From Octopus vulgaris (lineage: Eukaryota): a DNA stretch of 64,000 nucleotides. A program made the position numbers and the translations under genes. The notes beneath the pieces are model-generated. The model was not told the origin of the DNA, made no database searches, and worked only from the letters and a program-made list of their open reading frames with translations. The DNA lies in the NCBI GenBank assembly GCA_951406725.2, contig OX597820.1, positions 101,432,001 through 101,496,000 on the forward strand. Reading direction: 5' to 3'. This document shows, in pieces, positions 1 to 14,200 of this stretch (position 1 is its first letter; each line of letters begins with the position of its first letter).

Positions 1-95
1 ATTTTAAACAGGTAAGATTTCATATATCAACTCAGACAAATCCACCGATGATTGATTTGGCTAGGTCAAAGTATGAAATCTTACCTGTTTAAGAT
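1..95. repeat. Inverted repeat / hairpin
   Basis: Perfect 21-bp arms at 4-24 and 72-92. Confidence 0.9.
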
Positions 96-554
96 TTTAC
101 TTGAAGATAGTGGATTACATGTTATGATGTAATCTATGTATACATCAACAAAATTCTACTGAAACAATTGCCATAAATTTTAAACACGATTTGTGTTCTG
201 TTCATATTTATAAAGTAATATGTCCCACATCTCAGCAGTTTGACATGCAGAAAAATGTATCTTGCATGAGAAAAAAGAGTTAGCATCAATGAATGCATCA
301 GCATCAATGAATGCATCCAACTACAGAATACAGCCTCAAGAAGTCTTGTTCTGCATATGTCACCATGGGAAAAGTGATGTAAATTGATGAAAGAGAAGTG
401 ATAATAAATCTATTCGAATCAGACCTAATGAATAGGTGATATCTGATTTTCAGGAGATTTTCTTAGGCAGAGAGAGATGCAAAAACGCCAGATATGGTCT
501 ATTTTTCAATAAAAAAGATTTCAATCCATAAGATACTAGCAATTCAATACTCAC

Positions 555-689
555 ATCCAGGATAACTTTTGACAGTAACTTTGTGTCATCGACAACATCA
601 AATGTAGCCAGCAACACCTGGTGAGCATATTCTTCCAGGCACATTTTCAATATGAAACCTTTGAAACTTTTTACCATTACTTTTCGATC
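555..689 (-). CDS. PUM3: PUM3 coding exon (DRKVMVKSFK...DDTKLLSKVILD)
   Basis: cag| acceptor, |gtgagt donor, 135 nt; conserved DRK and FD..DDTKL motifs. Confidence 0.95.
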
Positions 690-1919
690 CTGAAATAAAA
701 ATAAAACAACTATATGAAGAACATAACAGAGAACCTATATGACTAAAATATTGTGTGTCTTTTAGATAGGAAAGACTATAGGGGTACCACTGCAAAGTTC
801 TGTTGTCAAATAATGTGTTTAGGGTAAGTTTGTTGGAGCCCACCCCATACCAAGCAAAGAGTTAACGTCAACAATGTAAGCTAACAAAACACCCTTCAAC
901 TTTACAGTAATGTTGCTGTGTGCAATAATATGGTATTCTTTATCTTATGGCACCAATTTACAATCGGGTAGATTTCAATGGGTTGTCTGGTATCCTACAT
1001 TGACTCAAACCAATCATGCTGTCATATATAGCATAGTTATAAGCTAAATAGTATAATTCAAGAAATTCAAGGCCTAAACATTAGGAGGCTTGTAAACAAC
1101 ACACACAAAAAAAAATGTCCAGTAACTGTAAACAGACAGCATGAAAAAGTACAACTTACTAATGTATGCATAGTGTAACAGTTTATAATACTGAAACGAG
1201 ATCTTCCAAAAAGCTCAGTTAAAACAGCCAAGAAACTGTTCTAAGCACAACATGGTACTCCAACACTTGGCAACTTACACTACATTAATACTGGTTTCAG
1301 ATTTTGGCACAAGGCCAGCAAGAGGAGCTAAGTCGATTACATTGACCCCAGTGCTCAACTGGTACTTATTTTATCGACCTGGAAAGGACAAAAGACGAAG
1401 TCGACCTTGGTGAAATTTGACAAATGAAATGCAGCAAAGCACTTCGCCTGACATGCTAACAGTTCTGCCAGCTCGTCACCTTATGCTGTACACTAATTTT
1501 AATAACAGCGTTGTAGAATTGAAGTGTGCAAGTAGGGTAAAGTCTCTGATGTGGGTTTTGTTTCTGGCATTTCATTTCACAGGTGCTGCAAACATAATTT
1601 CCAACTGTATACTATGAGCTAAGTCACCCACACATCACTTCCCTTTTGTAACATACTTAGAGATTATGATATTTCATAATGACTTTCAAACAACTCATTA
1701 AAAGTCACGAGATGATTTATATATATATATATATATAATGTGACCGCGTGTATACCGTTGGTGATTTTTTCCCCTCTGTCTTCCCTTCTCCTATGTTTCC
1801 GACGAAGAGCTCTGCTCAAAACGTTAAACCCTCCTTCTTTCCTGAGCGTCCAATGATACTATATTTGTTCCACGTCCTCGAGTTGTTGTGTTTTTTTGTG
1901 CTTTCATGTTTGGATTTAT

Positions 1920-1958
<39 letters not shown>

Positions 1959-2245
1959 AATAATCGTCGCCCTTTTCAAGCCTAGCCAGGCTTATGGGCC
2001 TAGTTTCCATGATGTATGTGTTCACCCCAGCTGGACGGGATGCCAGTCCATCGCAGCGTTACTCAAGAAACAGGAAGAGAGAGTGAGAGAAAGTTGTGGC
2101 GAAAGAGTACAACAGGGGTCGCCACCACCCCACTGCCAGAGCCTTGTGGAGATTTAGTTGTTTTAGCTCAATAAACACACACAACGCCCGGTCTGAGAAT
2201 CGAAACCGCGAGTCTGCTGCCCTAACCACTGGGCCATTGCGCCTC

Positions 2246-2281
<36 letters not shown>

Positions 2282-5200
2282 ATAACTTAAAGATTAAAAA
2301 CATGGCACATTTCAATTCACTCTTTAACCCTTTAGTATTTAGATTACTTTGTCAAAAATTATTTATTCACATGCCTTTGAATTAATCACCTGTTATCTCA
2401 TAGCTTCAAGATCTCAATAATGTGATTGTTGTTTTTGAGATAACTTTGTAAGACATGTGTGAAAGGCTGGATCTGGTCAGTTTGAATATTAAACAGGTAG
2501 AATATATTAGCCAGATATAATCAATTTAATTGTTAAAGGGTTAATTAACCTCAGGCATTCCCTCCATGAGAGTCAAACAGTGGAAATATGGCCTGTAATG
2601 CTTTTAGAGTAAATGCGAACCTGCAACTAAATAAGAACCCAACAAAAGCTTTTAGAACACAAGTCATGTTTACCTTGGTGTTACCATACCATATACATTT
2701 CATAGCAACACGTGCACCATCTCGGGAATGCACCATATTTACAATGCCCTCTCTCAATTCAGTTATCATTTCCTACAAAAATATAAACAATAATATTTAA
2801 GAATCAGATTAAAAAGGGACAAACATCAAGAAACATTCAAGTTATCAAAATTCTAGACTTAGGAGGAAATCTCAAGTGGACATTATATCAAAGTTCACTT
2901 CTTAAGAATGGAGTACATACAAATAGAAGCATAAATATAATTGTTTGTTTGGAGCTGAATTCAAGAGATGTAACTTCACATCCTATATTCGGTTATGGTT
3001 TAAAACAGGGATAAAAATAATAAAGAGTAAGAAGCAAGCTCCTGATAGAGTAAGTACCACAATTAGGTTTCAGTTCTTAGCTAAAGTCATTTCACTTGCA
3101 GTACAAGTGACATATATATATATATATATATATAAAAAAAAAGCTATGAATATCAAAATATCTTCTTGAACTGAAAGTTGGTAAACATGCACCAGTCCTA
3201 TTTTAAAAGAAATCTATGTATCTATTGGACAATGTTGAGCATGAACACAAACCTAAGAACTAGGAAAGCTACCGCTTAAAGTAACCTTTAGTGCTTAGAG
3301 AGAGAGAGAGTGGTAGACATAAATTTCAACTATAGAAAGACTGGAAGATATCTGTAATTTGAACATGTTGACTTAAAATCCATTAAAAGTTGATGTTGAT
3401 CACTCAAGTACATGCTGTGATGATTGGATTAGAGACCACCAGAATTTTAGAAATAACAGTCAAAAAGTGAAGAGGAAACAGATTGTAACAGAGAGGGATG
3501 CTGATACCATCATTGATAACATACCAAAAAAAAAAAGGGCGGGCTTCTATGTAGTTACTCAACCTGCTAAATGTAGCAGATAAATTCGACCATTTGTTTT
3601 AAGTCCTTAATGTTATGAAAGCATGACCTGCAATAAAGACCAGATGGTCACAGCAATTAATATGGGTTGTATATTATTTGATTAGCTGTCTACATGCCAT
3701 AACTCTGCTTAAATAGATCTGACCAATGCTACTTGAGAAAAAGAAGGATGTATATATTGACTGAAATAGTTTAATTAAAGAATATACCTATTTGTTCATT
3801 CAATTGTTTATCATTGTTTTGTAGGGTTTGTTTATTGTAGTAAAACTGATTTGAATTGATTGATTATAAAGGAACAATACTTACAGTTCGCATAGCTTTA
3901 TCTGCATATAAGAAATATTCCGAAAAAAGACGATGGATGATGGAGTGCGTCAACATGCTCCTGGAAATTTGAAAACACTTCAAATATTAAGCAGATGTCA
4001 TGAAGTATTAAGTAATAAGTATTTAAAATCATTTAGAAGAAATTATCCCGGCTACAGGCAGGTGCCCATGGCTGTATGGTTAAGAAGCTTACATCCAAAC
4101 CGTTTTTTTGTAAAGCCTGGTGTTTATTTTATTGGTCCCTTTTGTTGAACTGCTTTGTCATGGAGATATAAATACACCAGGTTCAGTAGCAAAGTTAGAA
4201 CTCCCTATCTCCAACTGTTATCATCATCATTTAACACCCATGTGCCATGCCAGCAATGGTTGGATAGTGTGAAAAGATCTGATAGGTCTAAAGACAACAT
4301 TGTGCTCTATCTGTTAAGAAGCTTGCATCCCAGCCATGGGTTCAATTTCACTGTGTGGCACCTTGGGCAAAAGTGTTTTCTACTAAAGCCTTGTGAAGGG
4401 ATTTGATAGAGGAAACTGAAAGAAGCCCATCATATATATATATATGCTGGCATGGGTGTGTGATATGAAACTTCTTTCCCAACCACATGGCTCTGAGTTA
4501 GTCCCACTGTGTGGCACCTTGGGCAAGTGTCTTCTACTACAGCCACAGAGTGACTAAAGCTTTGTGAGTGATTTGGTAGACAGACATTGAAAAAAACCCA
4601 GCGTGTGTGTGCATATATATATATATGCATGTGTGTTGTGCCCCCATAACTTAGTGGTTCGATAAAAGTGGCCGATAGAATAAGTACCACTTCTTAAAAA
4701 AGCAGGTCCTGGAGTAATTTGACTAAACCCATCAAAGCAGTATGGCCAGTCCAATGACAAACAAGTAAAAGATAAAAGATATAGTATGTGAGTGATTTGT
4801 ACAGACAGACTCTTATGACTGCAGTTAATAAAATAATGATTTATTACACAGACAGATGTTAAAATTTCATTAGAAGTAGGTATGGTTGTGTGGTTAAGAA
4901 AATAACTTTGCAACCACGAGGTTTTTAAGTTCAATCCTGTTGCATGACACCTTAGGTAAGAGTCTTCTAGTATAGCCTTGGGTCGATCAATTTGATAAAT
5001 GGAAACTCTACATGGAAATCCATGTGCTTTTTCTCTACATGTTTTAGCACTGACAGAGTATGAGTAGAAGTGATTTTTTATGTCATGCACACACAGTATG
5101 TTCCGTTGGTGACACGAGAAAATCACCAAGTACATGCTGAATAGTGGTTTGTATTAGGGCATCCAGCCATAAGAACCATACCAAAGTAGACAGGGGAGCA

Positions 5201-8200
5201 TGATGCAGTCCTTGGGTTTGTGGGACTTTGTAAAACCATCCAGTCCATGACAACACAGTCGAACAGGGATGTTAAATGACGATGAAAGATCAGTGGAATA
5301 GTGTCTATTAGAGGGTGTGGGAATATGAGAACACCAAAATGAATCTTAGAATTATCTTAAGTTTCTATATTTTGAAATAAATGAGTTGAAATACTACTCA
5401 CTTTTCAATGAGAGGAACTAAAATCTCCTTCATGTTTTCCAAAATTGTTTCCTTCTTCTTGGGGTATGCATTAAACATATCTTGTAAACAGGTGATCTGA
5501 TCATTCTAGACCAATAAAAAAGCAGTTGTGATTGAATTAAAAGAAAATTATTAGAAAACAGATTGATAATAATTTAGCGCTCAGTCAAACTGTCCAATCC
5601 AAGCCACCATGGAAAATGGACATTAAAAGACGAAGATTTCTGTTTTTATACATTCTCATTATTTTAATAGTAGTAAAATGGCTATGTAGATATTCTATTA
5701 GCCTACTAAGTCATTATAGGTTTTGACTTGAAATCCACTGTGAGGGAATTGTTTCTGGGCAGATAACATTCTGCATTATTTCAATTTATCTCATCACACG
5801 AAGGTTGCAAGATCAATAAGCAAAGTTAGCTGTAAAAAAACCCAAAAAAACTAGCATCTCATTCAAGGGAAAGAAATTCTCTCATTCACTTAACATGAAA
5901 ATAGAACAAGGCCTGTAAAAGCTGAGAGCATATCATACAGTAACAGGGTTACATACATTTAGGGAGGAGAAAGGGACAATCAGTTACATCACCCCTACTC
6001 TTATATTTGACTAATTTTATTTTAACAACCCTGAGGAAGTCAATCTTGGCAAGATTTGGATCCAGAATGTATAAGGATGGAACTCAACACTGCGAAGCAT
6101 TTTGTCCAACAGTTTATCAATTTTGCTATTCTATGGTTCTCCCTGATAACAATGAAAAAAGAAAAAAACAAAAACAAACTGTAAAGCAAGAATGATTATA
6201 ATCACAGAATTATTCCTTTAACTAAGGATTTCTGAATGACTCAGGTACGTACACTTAAAAGGACGCAATGATGTTTATTAATGGAGAGTCTGAAAATACT
6301 GAAGAGATTGCAATAATACCTTCAAAAACTTATAAGTTGCACCATAGAAATCCTCCAAGAGTGCTTGGCGTTGTGTTGCATTTGCATATTCATTAAATGT
6401 ATACTCAATGATTTCTGATGCTTCCTAAAAATAAATGAAAATACATGTTTTAAGGTCAACACACAATATAGTCCATGTCTTCTGAACTGCTTCACAATAA
6501 TTATGAAGTGAGGGGGGGGAGAGGAATGAGGTGACTGTAAGTAACTGTCTAAGGAACTGGACCTACAGAGTGGCTTCAATTTCCAGTCAAAGCCATTTCA
6601 CTTCAATTATATTACTAATGCCATTAAGAAAATGTATGAGAATTATACTTCACTTGTCTCTTCTGTAATAAATCTGGACAACTGCACCATTTCCATATAT
6701 TGTGATATAATTCTTAAGTTTTGAGGAACAGGAAGGAATAGGTGCAGGAATGGCTGTGTGGTTAAGAAGTTTGCTTTACAACCAAGTGCTTATGGGTTCA
6801 AATACCATTGCACCTTAAACAAGTGTTTTCAACTATAGTCCAGAGCTGACCAAAGCCTTATGACTAAATTTGATGGACAGAAACTAAAAGAAGCCAATTT
6901 TGTGTGTGTGTGTATGTATGTACATACATATATGTGTGTGAGTTTGCGTTTCCTCGTCTTGACATCATGAGATATTTGTAAACAAATGCTACTGGCATTT
7001 AAGTAGAATGCCGTGTTTCCAGTTTCCAGTAAAATGATTTCTAGCCATGGGGAAATACTACCTTATACGGAAACAGGTAAGGGCTGGTGGCAGAAAGGGT
7101 ATCCAGTGGTAGAAAATCTGTTTCTAAATTTCATCTGAGCCATGCAAACATGGAAAAGTGGATAGTAAAATAATGTTGATTTGAAATATTTCAAAATCAG
7201 AGTTTGACACAAGCAAAGTGAAGGAAGATTCAACCATATTTATTAATAATACACATTCCTTGTGCACAAACAGCAGATATTGATAGCAGCAATATCAATA
7301 TCTTATTTTGCATTGTATTAAAATTTTTGTAGCAAAGTTAGACATCTCTATCATTGTCAAACACCCATGTGCCATGCCAGCAAGGGTTGGACTGTTTGAC
7401 AAGACTTGACAGGTCTAAAGACTGCATTGAGCTCTAATATTTGCATTGGCAAGGTTTCTAAGATAGGATGCCCTTTCTAAAACCAACCACTTTACAGTAT
7501 GTACTGGGTGCTTTTTTCAAGTGAGATCAGAATGCAGCCTGTAGCATAAATGTGGCTACAGTAGAGAAGGAAGTCGTGGCTTTCTGCTATGGGATGAGAG
7601 GTTTAAATGAAAGAAAAGGGTCCAGAACAGAACAGGTTTCTTGATATAGTGAAAGTACACAGCAACTCACATTATAAAAAAGAGGGTGGGAATGATTTAA
7701 GTGGAAGTAAAAATCAATAAAAAATAATGGTGTCAACCTCATGCTGGATTCCATTGTCAAACTAGTTGATTTGCTGTATAAGATTACTACAACTCTAATT
7801 AGAAATACATGTGCTAATTTTTATACTCACTCTGTGTCTAATAAGTCTACTTGCTTGGCTGCAAAGTGACTTAAATACTGCATTTCGTTCAGTCTTTGAG
7901 CTGTAAAAGAAATTGAAATATAATTGAAACCAATCTAATATTAAAACAACACCAATGCATATATTAGGTCTTTAATTCTAGTTTATAAAAAATAAAATTA
8001 TAAAGGCATCTTTTCGTTTTTCTTCATAAACAAGCTGAATTAGATACTTCTCGTCCAATGGACCATACTTATTCCGTTCCTGTAAAATCTATTCCCAGGT
8101 ACATTTTTATATTAAAAATGTGACATTTTCATTTGAGGGACCAACTGATCTTCACAATAACATTCCTGTTTTCTTTAACCTAAGAACAATGCCATTCTGA

Positions 8201-11200
8201 TAAAGTCCACAAGGTTCAGTACATATTTTTAGTGACACGATCCTCTTGGATAAGATGCCTGTGTCCCCACTAGTAAATTTTCCAGGGAGATCAATGATTT
8301 ATTTACTACAAAAGCTTGTTAAATTAGATTCAAAAGAAATCAACCTAATAGCCTTCAGTGGTGTAGATAATTCACACTTATGGTCTAAACATGAACAGTC
8401 TTTCTCTCCTTATTTTACCTTAATTTTAGTAAAAGTTGTGTATATACATGTAGGATTGGGGGGGGGGACATCAAAATAGAATGAATGGCTTGAACATATT
8501 ACTAGTAATTATTTTACAGATCCTAATGACACAATAGGTAATGTCACACCTTTCTTCCTCAGACAGATAGTTAAGCTCTAACCTAAACTATCTAAAGCAG
8601 CTTTCTAACAGAGGCAACCAAAAACACAAATGTGGTTACATGACTTGCTAGAAATAGCAGCTGAATGTCCCTCAATTCACATCTTACATCATAAAAAGGT
8701 TACATTGCATACTGTAGTTCAGGGATGTGAAATAACTGAAGGCATGATGGCTATGGCTGAATTGTCTTTGATCAAGGCTGACTAGGCTAAACAGCAGGTC
8801 AAATGCTAATAATCCTATATATGAATCAGTTGGCCTGTTAAAAGTAATAACTACATCTCTTTCAAACCACATCCTACCATTTGAAAGCCATATATTTGGT
8901 AGTAAATACATTGAATAAAAAATAGAATCATCATGGTTGGAATGTCTTATATTGAAGTTGCCTTGGAGATAACAAACAATAATAGCACAAGAGTTGGACA
9001 TTTAAATAGAAAAATGGCAACAATTTCTGATAATTTTAGTATCACAAAAGAAAAAAGATGGGGTAAAGTAGAAAAATTATTGTGATATCTTTCTTTTTCT
9101 TATTCCTGGGTTTATTGTCGCTGCCATTTCTTTCCCTGCTGGTATAGGTTGGATGGGCCTCTGATAAAGCTAAACCTCCAACATACACCTTAATTCTATA
9201 TAAGTTAAGTTAAGTTAATTTTTGGCTCAAAAAGCAAAATGCAAGGCCATGTAGGGGGATATGGAGTTATGTACAGGGAGGGTGTTCATGCAAGAGCTTT
9301 TCGGAGTGACCCCGCAGCCGACGCTCTGGAGCAGGAGAGAAGAACAGCTCTTTCGAGAGGTTAGACTTTCCGCCTATGATGTTGTGAGCGAGAATGAGAT
9401 GACCACGGCGTCATCGTATTTCTAGAGAATAAAGGTCGAGCGTCTTCAGCCTTTCTTCATAAGACAAATGCTTGAGACCAAGAACCATGTGGGTAGCCAG
9501 CTTCTGGACTTAGTAGCAGTGTTCCTTGCAGGTGTCATGCCATTCACATAACCCCTGACATCAACTGAAAGCAGTTTTTATTGTAGAGTTTGGTTTGGCT
9601 GTCCTCCCAGATGCTTCAATGATTTCATGCAAGCATAGCCCAACTAATTAGAGAGAGAGTTAGTTTAGATGAGATGCAGTTTGGGTTTGTCCCAGGGAAA
9701 AGCACCACTGATGCTATATTCCTGGTAAGGCAGCTGCAGGAGAAATACCTAGCCAAGGATAAGCCCCTGTACCTGGCTTTCGTTGACATGGAGAAAGCCT
9801 TTGATAGGGTCCCCCGATCCCTCATCTGGTGGTCAATGAGGAAACTAGGGATAGATGAATGGCTGGTGAGGGCTGTGCAAGCCATGTACAGAGATGCCGT
9901 AAGTAAGGTTAGAGTTGGCAACATGTACACAGAAGAATTCAAAGTAGAGGTTGGGGTCCACCAGGGTTCAGTACTCAGCCCCCTCCTATTTATCATAGTC
10001 CTCCAGGCAATAACGGAGGAATTCAAGACAGGTTGCCCCTGGGAGCTCCTCTATGCTGACGACCTCGCTCTAATCGCTGAGTCACTATCAGAACTGGAGA
10101 AGTTCCAGGTGTGGAAGGAGGGTTTAGAATCGAGGGGCCTTAGAGTCAACCTAGCTAAAACCAAAGTACTAATAAGTAGAAAGGTAGAAAACCCACAAAT
10201 ATCCTCAGGAAGATGGCCCTGCTCGATCTGTAGAAAAGGTGTAGGTAGAAACTCTATAAGATGTACCCAGTGTAAGCTATGGACACATAAGAGGTGCAGC
10301 AATGTCAAAGGTAGGCTAACTGGGAAGATAGTTTTTGTATGTGGCAGGTGCTCTGGAGCATTGACCTCCGAAAATCTGCAGAAAACAACTTCTGTCACTT
10401 TCCGGGGGAAAAACTAGAAGTAGTTGATAGCTTCCGCTATCTAGGTGACCAAGTCAGTAGTGGGGGTGGGTGCGCTGAAAGTGTAACTGCTAGAATAAGA
10501 ATAGCCTGGGCAAAGTTTAGGGAGCTCTTACCTCTGCTGGTGACTAAAGGCCTCTCGCTCAGAGTAAAAGGCAGACTGTATGATGCATGTGTACGAACAG
10601 CTATGCTACATGGCAGTGAAACATGGGCCGTGACTGCTGAGGACATGCGTAAGCACGTGAGGAACGAAGCCAGTATGCTCCGATGGATGTGTAATGTCAG
10701 TGTACTTACTCGACAGAGCATTAGTACCTTGAGAGAAATGTTGTACCTAAGAAGCATCAGTTGTTGTGTGCAAGAGAGACGATTGCGCTGGTATGGTCAT
10801 GTGGCGAGAATGGATGAAGATAGGTGTGTGAGAAAGTGCCAATCCCTAGCAGTTGAGGGAACCCGTGGAAGAGGTAGACCCAGGAAAACCTGGGACGAGG
10901 TGGTGAAGCACGACCTTCGGACGTTAGGTCTCACCATGGAAATGACTAGAGACCGAGACCTATGGAAGTATGCTGTGCGTGGGAAGACCCGGCAAGACTA
11001 GTGAAGCCATAATCCGTGGCCCCTACCTGGGACGTAGTCAGTCCACCTGTGCATACCTTCCTTCTTGTGACACTTGTGAAGACCTGTTGAGGCAAGTGAG
11101 AATCGAATCGAATCATATGGAATCAAATCGAACCAAATCAAAATAGATGAACATCAATGGAATTTGTATCCTTGTGGTACCAGTGCCGGTGGCACATAAG

Positions 11201-14200
11201 AAAACCATCCGAACGTGACCGTAGCCAGTACCGCAATGACTGGCCTCCGTGCTGAGGGCACGTAACAAACACCATCCGAGCGTGGCCGTCCGCCAGCCTC
11301 GTCTGGCACCTGTGTCGGTGACACATAAGAAAACACCATCCGAGCGTGGCCGTCTGCCAGCCTCGTCTGGCACCTGTGTCGGTGGCACATAAAAAACACC
11401 ATCCGAGCGTGGCCGTCTGCCAGCCTCGTCTGGCACCTGTGCCGGTGGCACATAAAAATCACCCACTACACTCTCGGAGTGGTTGGCGTTAGGAAGGGCA
11501 TCCAGCTGTAGAAACACTGCCACATCTGACTGGCCTGGTGCAGCCTTCGGGCTTCCCAGACCCCAGTTGAACCGTCCAACCCATGCTAGCATGGAAAGCG
11601 GACGTTAAACGATGATGATGATGATGATGATGCCAGCCATCACGGTCGCCCCGTGCTTGTTCTTAATTCATCAGCATTTGCCTGTCCTGAAGCATATTGT
11701 CTGCATAGGTTAGGCATTGCAATGATCAGCAATTCTCATTCTTCTCTGCCACTCTGGGTAGATCTTGATAAAACTGCTCATTGGTTAAAAGCTCTCCATA
11801 TAACATTCAGAGCTGTTTTTAATATTCTTGTGCAGCAGCTTTGGTGGAACCAGCATAAAGAAAATAAAAATTTTTTCTAAGATTTAGGGATACCTTCTCT
11901 GTTTTGTAAGTTTTACTGAATATGAACATATGTAATAATTTTGAGCAAAAAATATATTGGAAGGAAAGAGAATATATGAGTGCAATCAACTTACCCATAA
12001 CTAAGAAATTTTCGGACAATGAATTTTGCATATTTTGACTCGACCATCTCAACAACTTTATCTAGAGAATGAAATTGCAAAGTAAAGACTAAGTTGATAG
12101 GAAAAGATGACAATATAAATACATACACATATTTAAATATAAGTTGAAACTGGTATTTGTTTAAGATTTGTTATTTAAAAATTTTTAAAGACTTAACCAG
12201 TTTCACAGATTTCTTTGATCTTCAAAAGTTGAAATAGAAAGACATGGAGCTATTGTTTAACCCTTTAGTGTTCGCATTATTCTGCCAAAATTAATCCTTT
12301 TTCATCCACATTGCCTTGAACTAATCAGGCATTATCTTGTAGCTATGAGATTTTGAAGAGGTAGCTGTTAATTTTTAAAACGACATTGTAGAGTTGGTCT
12401 GAGAGACCAGATCTGGCCAATTTGAACATAAAACAGACAGAATATTTTTGGCCGGATATGGCCGGTTTAAATGTTAAAGGGTTAATGTCCGCTTTCCATG
12501 CTGGCATGGGTTGGACAGTTTGATTGAAGACTGGTGAGCCAGAGGCTGCACCAGGCTCAATCTAATCTGGCAAAGTTCCTACAGCTGGATGTCCTTCCTA
12601 ACGCCAACCACTCCGAGAGTGTAGTGGGTGCTTTTATGTGCCACCGGCACGAGGGCCAGTCAGGCAGTTCTGGAAACGACCACGCTAAAAAGGTGTTTTT
12701 ATGTGCTACCTGCATGGGAGCCAGTGGCACTGGCAATGACCACACTCGAATATTGCAATCCAGCCTCCCATCTCCATGCCACCGATATTATCCAGGGAAG
12801 GGCAAAAGCCGATACACCTTGGCACCAGTGACTTGAAGCAACACAAAATGAAGTGTCTTGCACAAGAACACAACACAAAGCCCAGTCCGGGAATCAAACT
12901 CACTACCTCATGATTGATCTTGTGGCTCTAACCACCGAGGGATGGGTACAGTTGCAAGAATGTGGGGAAGGGTGAGAGGTAGATGGGGGTGGAGACAGTC
13001 AGATGTCATATTAAAAAATAATAAATATGTTCGTTCTGTTTTGTGTGTTCTTCTACCAATTTCTTTATAAATCTGAAAGCTGTTAATAAATAAGGAATAA
13101 ACAGCATTCTTTACCATTTTATGTTATCATTTTCCTTTCCTAACTGCAAATATAGTTCTTTGGAGAGAGGGGAAGAGAGAAATAGAAGTGATTCTATCAT
13201 GTATCTAATAAATGACATACGTTTTAGTTCATCAAACAGGGTAGCTCTCTGTTCCATGTTTCCAAATTGAATAAGACACTGTAATACTCGGGCACCATCA
13301 TGAGTGAAGGCCATCTGAAATAGAGAAGAAATTACTCAAAGTAAATAAACATTTTAATGAGTAGCTAGATGAGATATAGATAGCAATGAAAATAAACTGA
13401 AGTTATACAAATTAGTATGACATTTATCATGTAGTAATAGTCATCATCATCACCATCATTGTTTAGTGCCCACTTTTATATGCTCGTGTGGATCAGACTG
13501 AATTTGTTTGGTGGGATGCCTTTACTGTCATCAACCTTTGCCTGTTTCCCAATGACCAAACCTGTCTTGAAAGATTGGAAACAAAGGACGTTACTTGTAT
13601 GAGAGTGACACATGCTTATACCTATCATGAATTGTCAATGCAAGGAAACAATAACATACATACACACACGTGTGTGAATGTGTGTAGCTCAGTGGTTAAG
13701 TTGCATTCATGATCGTCAGATTGTGGTTTCAATTCCTGGACTAGGTGATGAGTTGTGTTCTGGAGAAAAACACTTTATCACTCAATTCAGTCCATTCAAC
13801 TGGCAAAAGTGAATAATCCTGCGACAGGTTGGTGTCCTATCCAGGTGAGCATTATATATGCCACAGAATCTGTGAAACCAACCTTATGAGCCTATGGTTT
13901 GGGAAAGACCTTGGACCCTTTGCTGATACACACACACACAAAATGGGCTTCATAAAGGTTCCAACTACCAAATCCACTCACACGGCTTTGGTCAGCCCAG
14001 TACTATAGCCCAAGATGTCATGTAATGGGACTGAACTGGAAACCATGTGGTTTGGAAGTAAATGTCTCAACTATGCAGCCATGTTGATGCCTATTAGAAC
14101 GGTTTTCAGACAGAGTCCTAACTTACTTGCCTCTGTTATGGTCTCCACAAGAATCTACAAATGTACAAGAATAGGCTGGCACACTCATTGACTTTATCTG

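Noticed and set aside
4554-5135. 193-aa minus-strand ORF
   Set aside because: Runs through SINE fragments and has no recognisable domain or splice support.
11113-11592. 159-aa minus-strand ORF with repeated PPTQVPDEAG units; CRISPR-like spacing
   Set aside because: Antisense reading of 63-64 bp tandem units in the RTE 3' UTR; no unique spacers and no cas genes.
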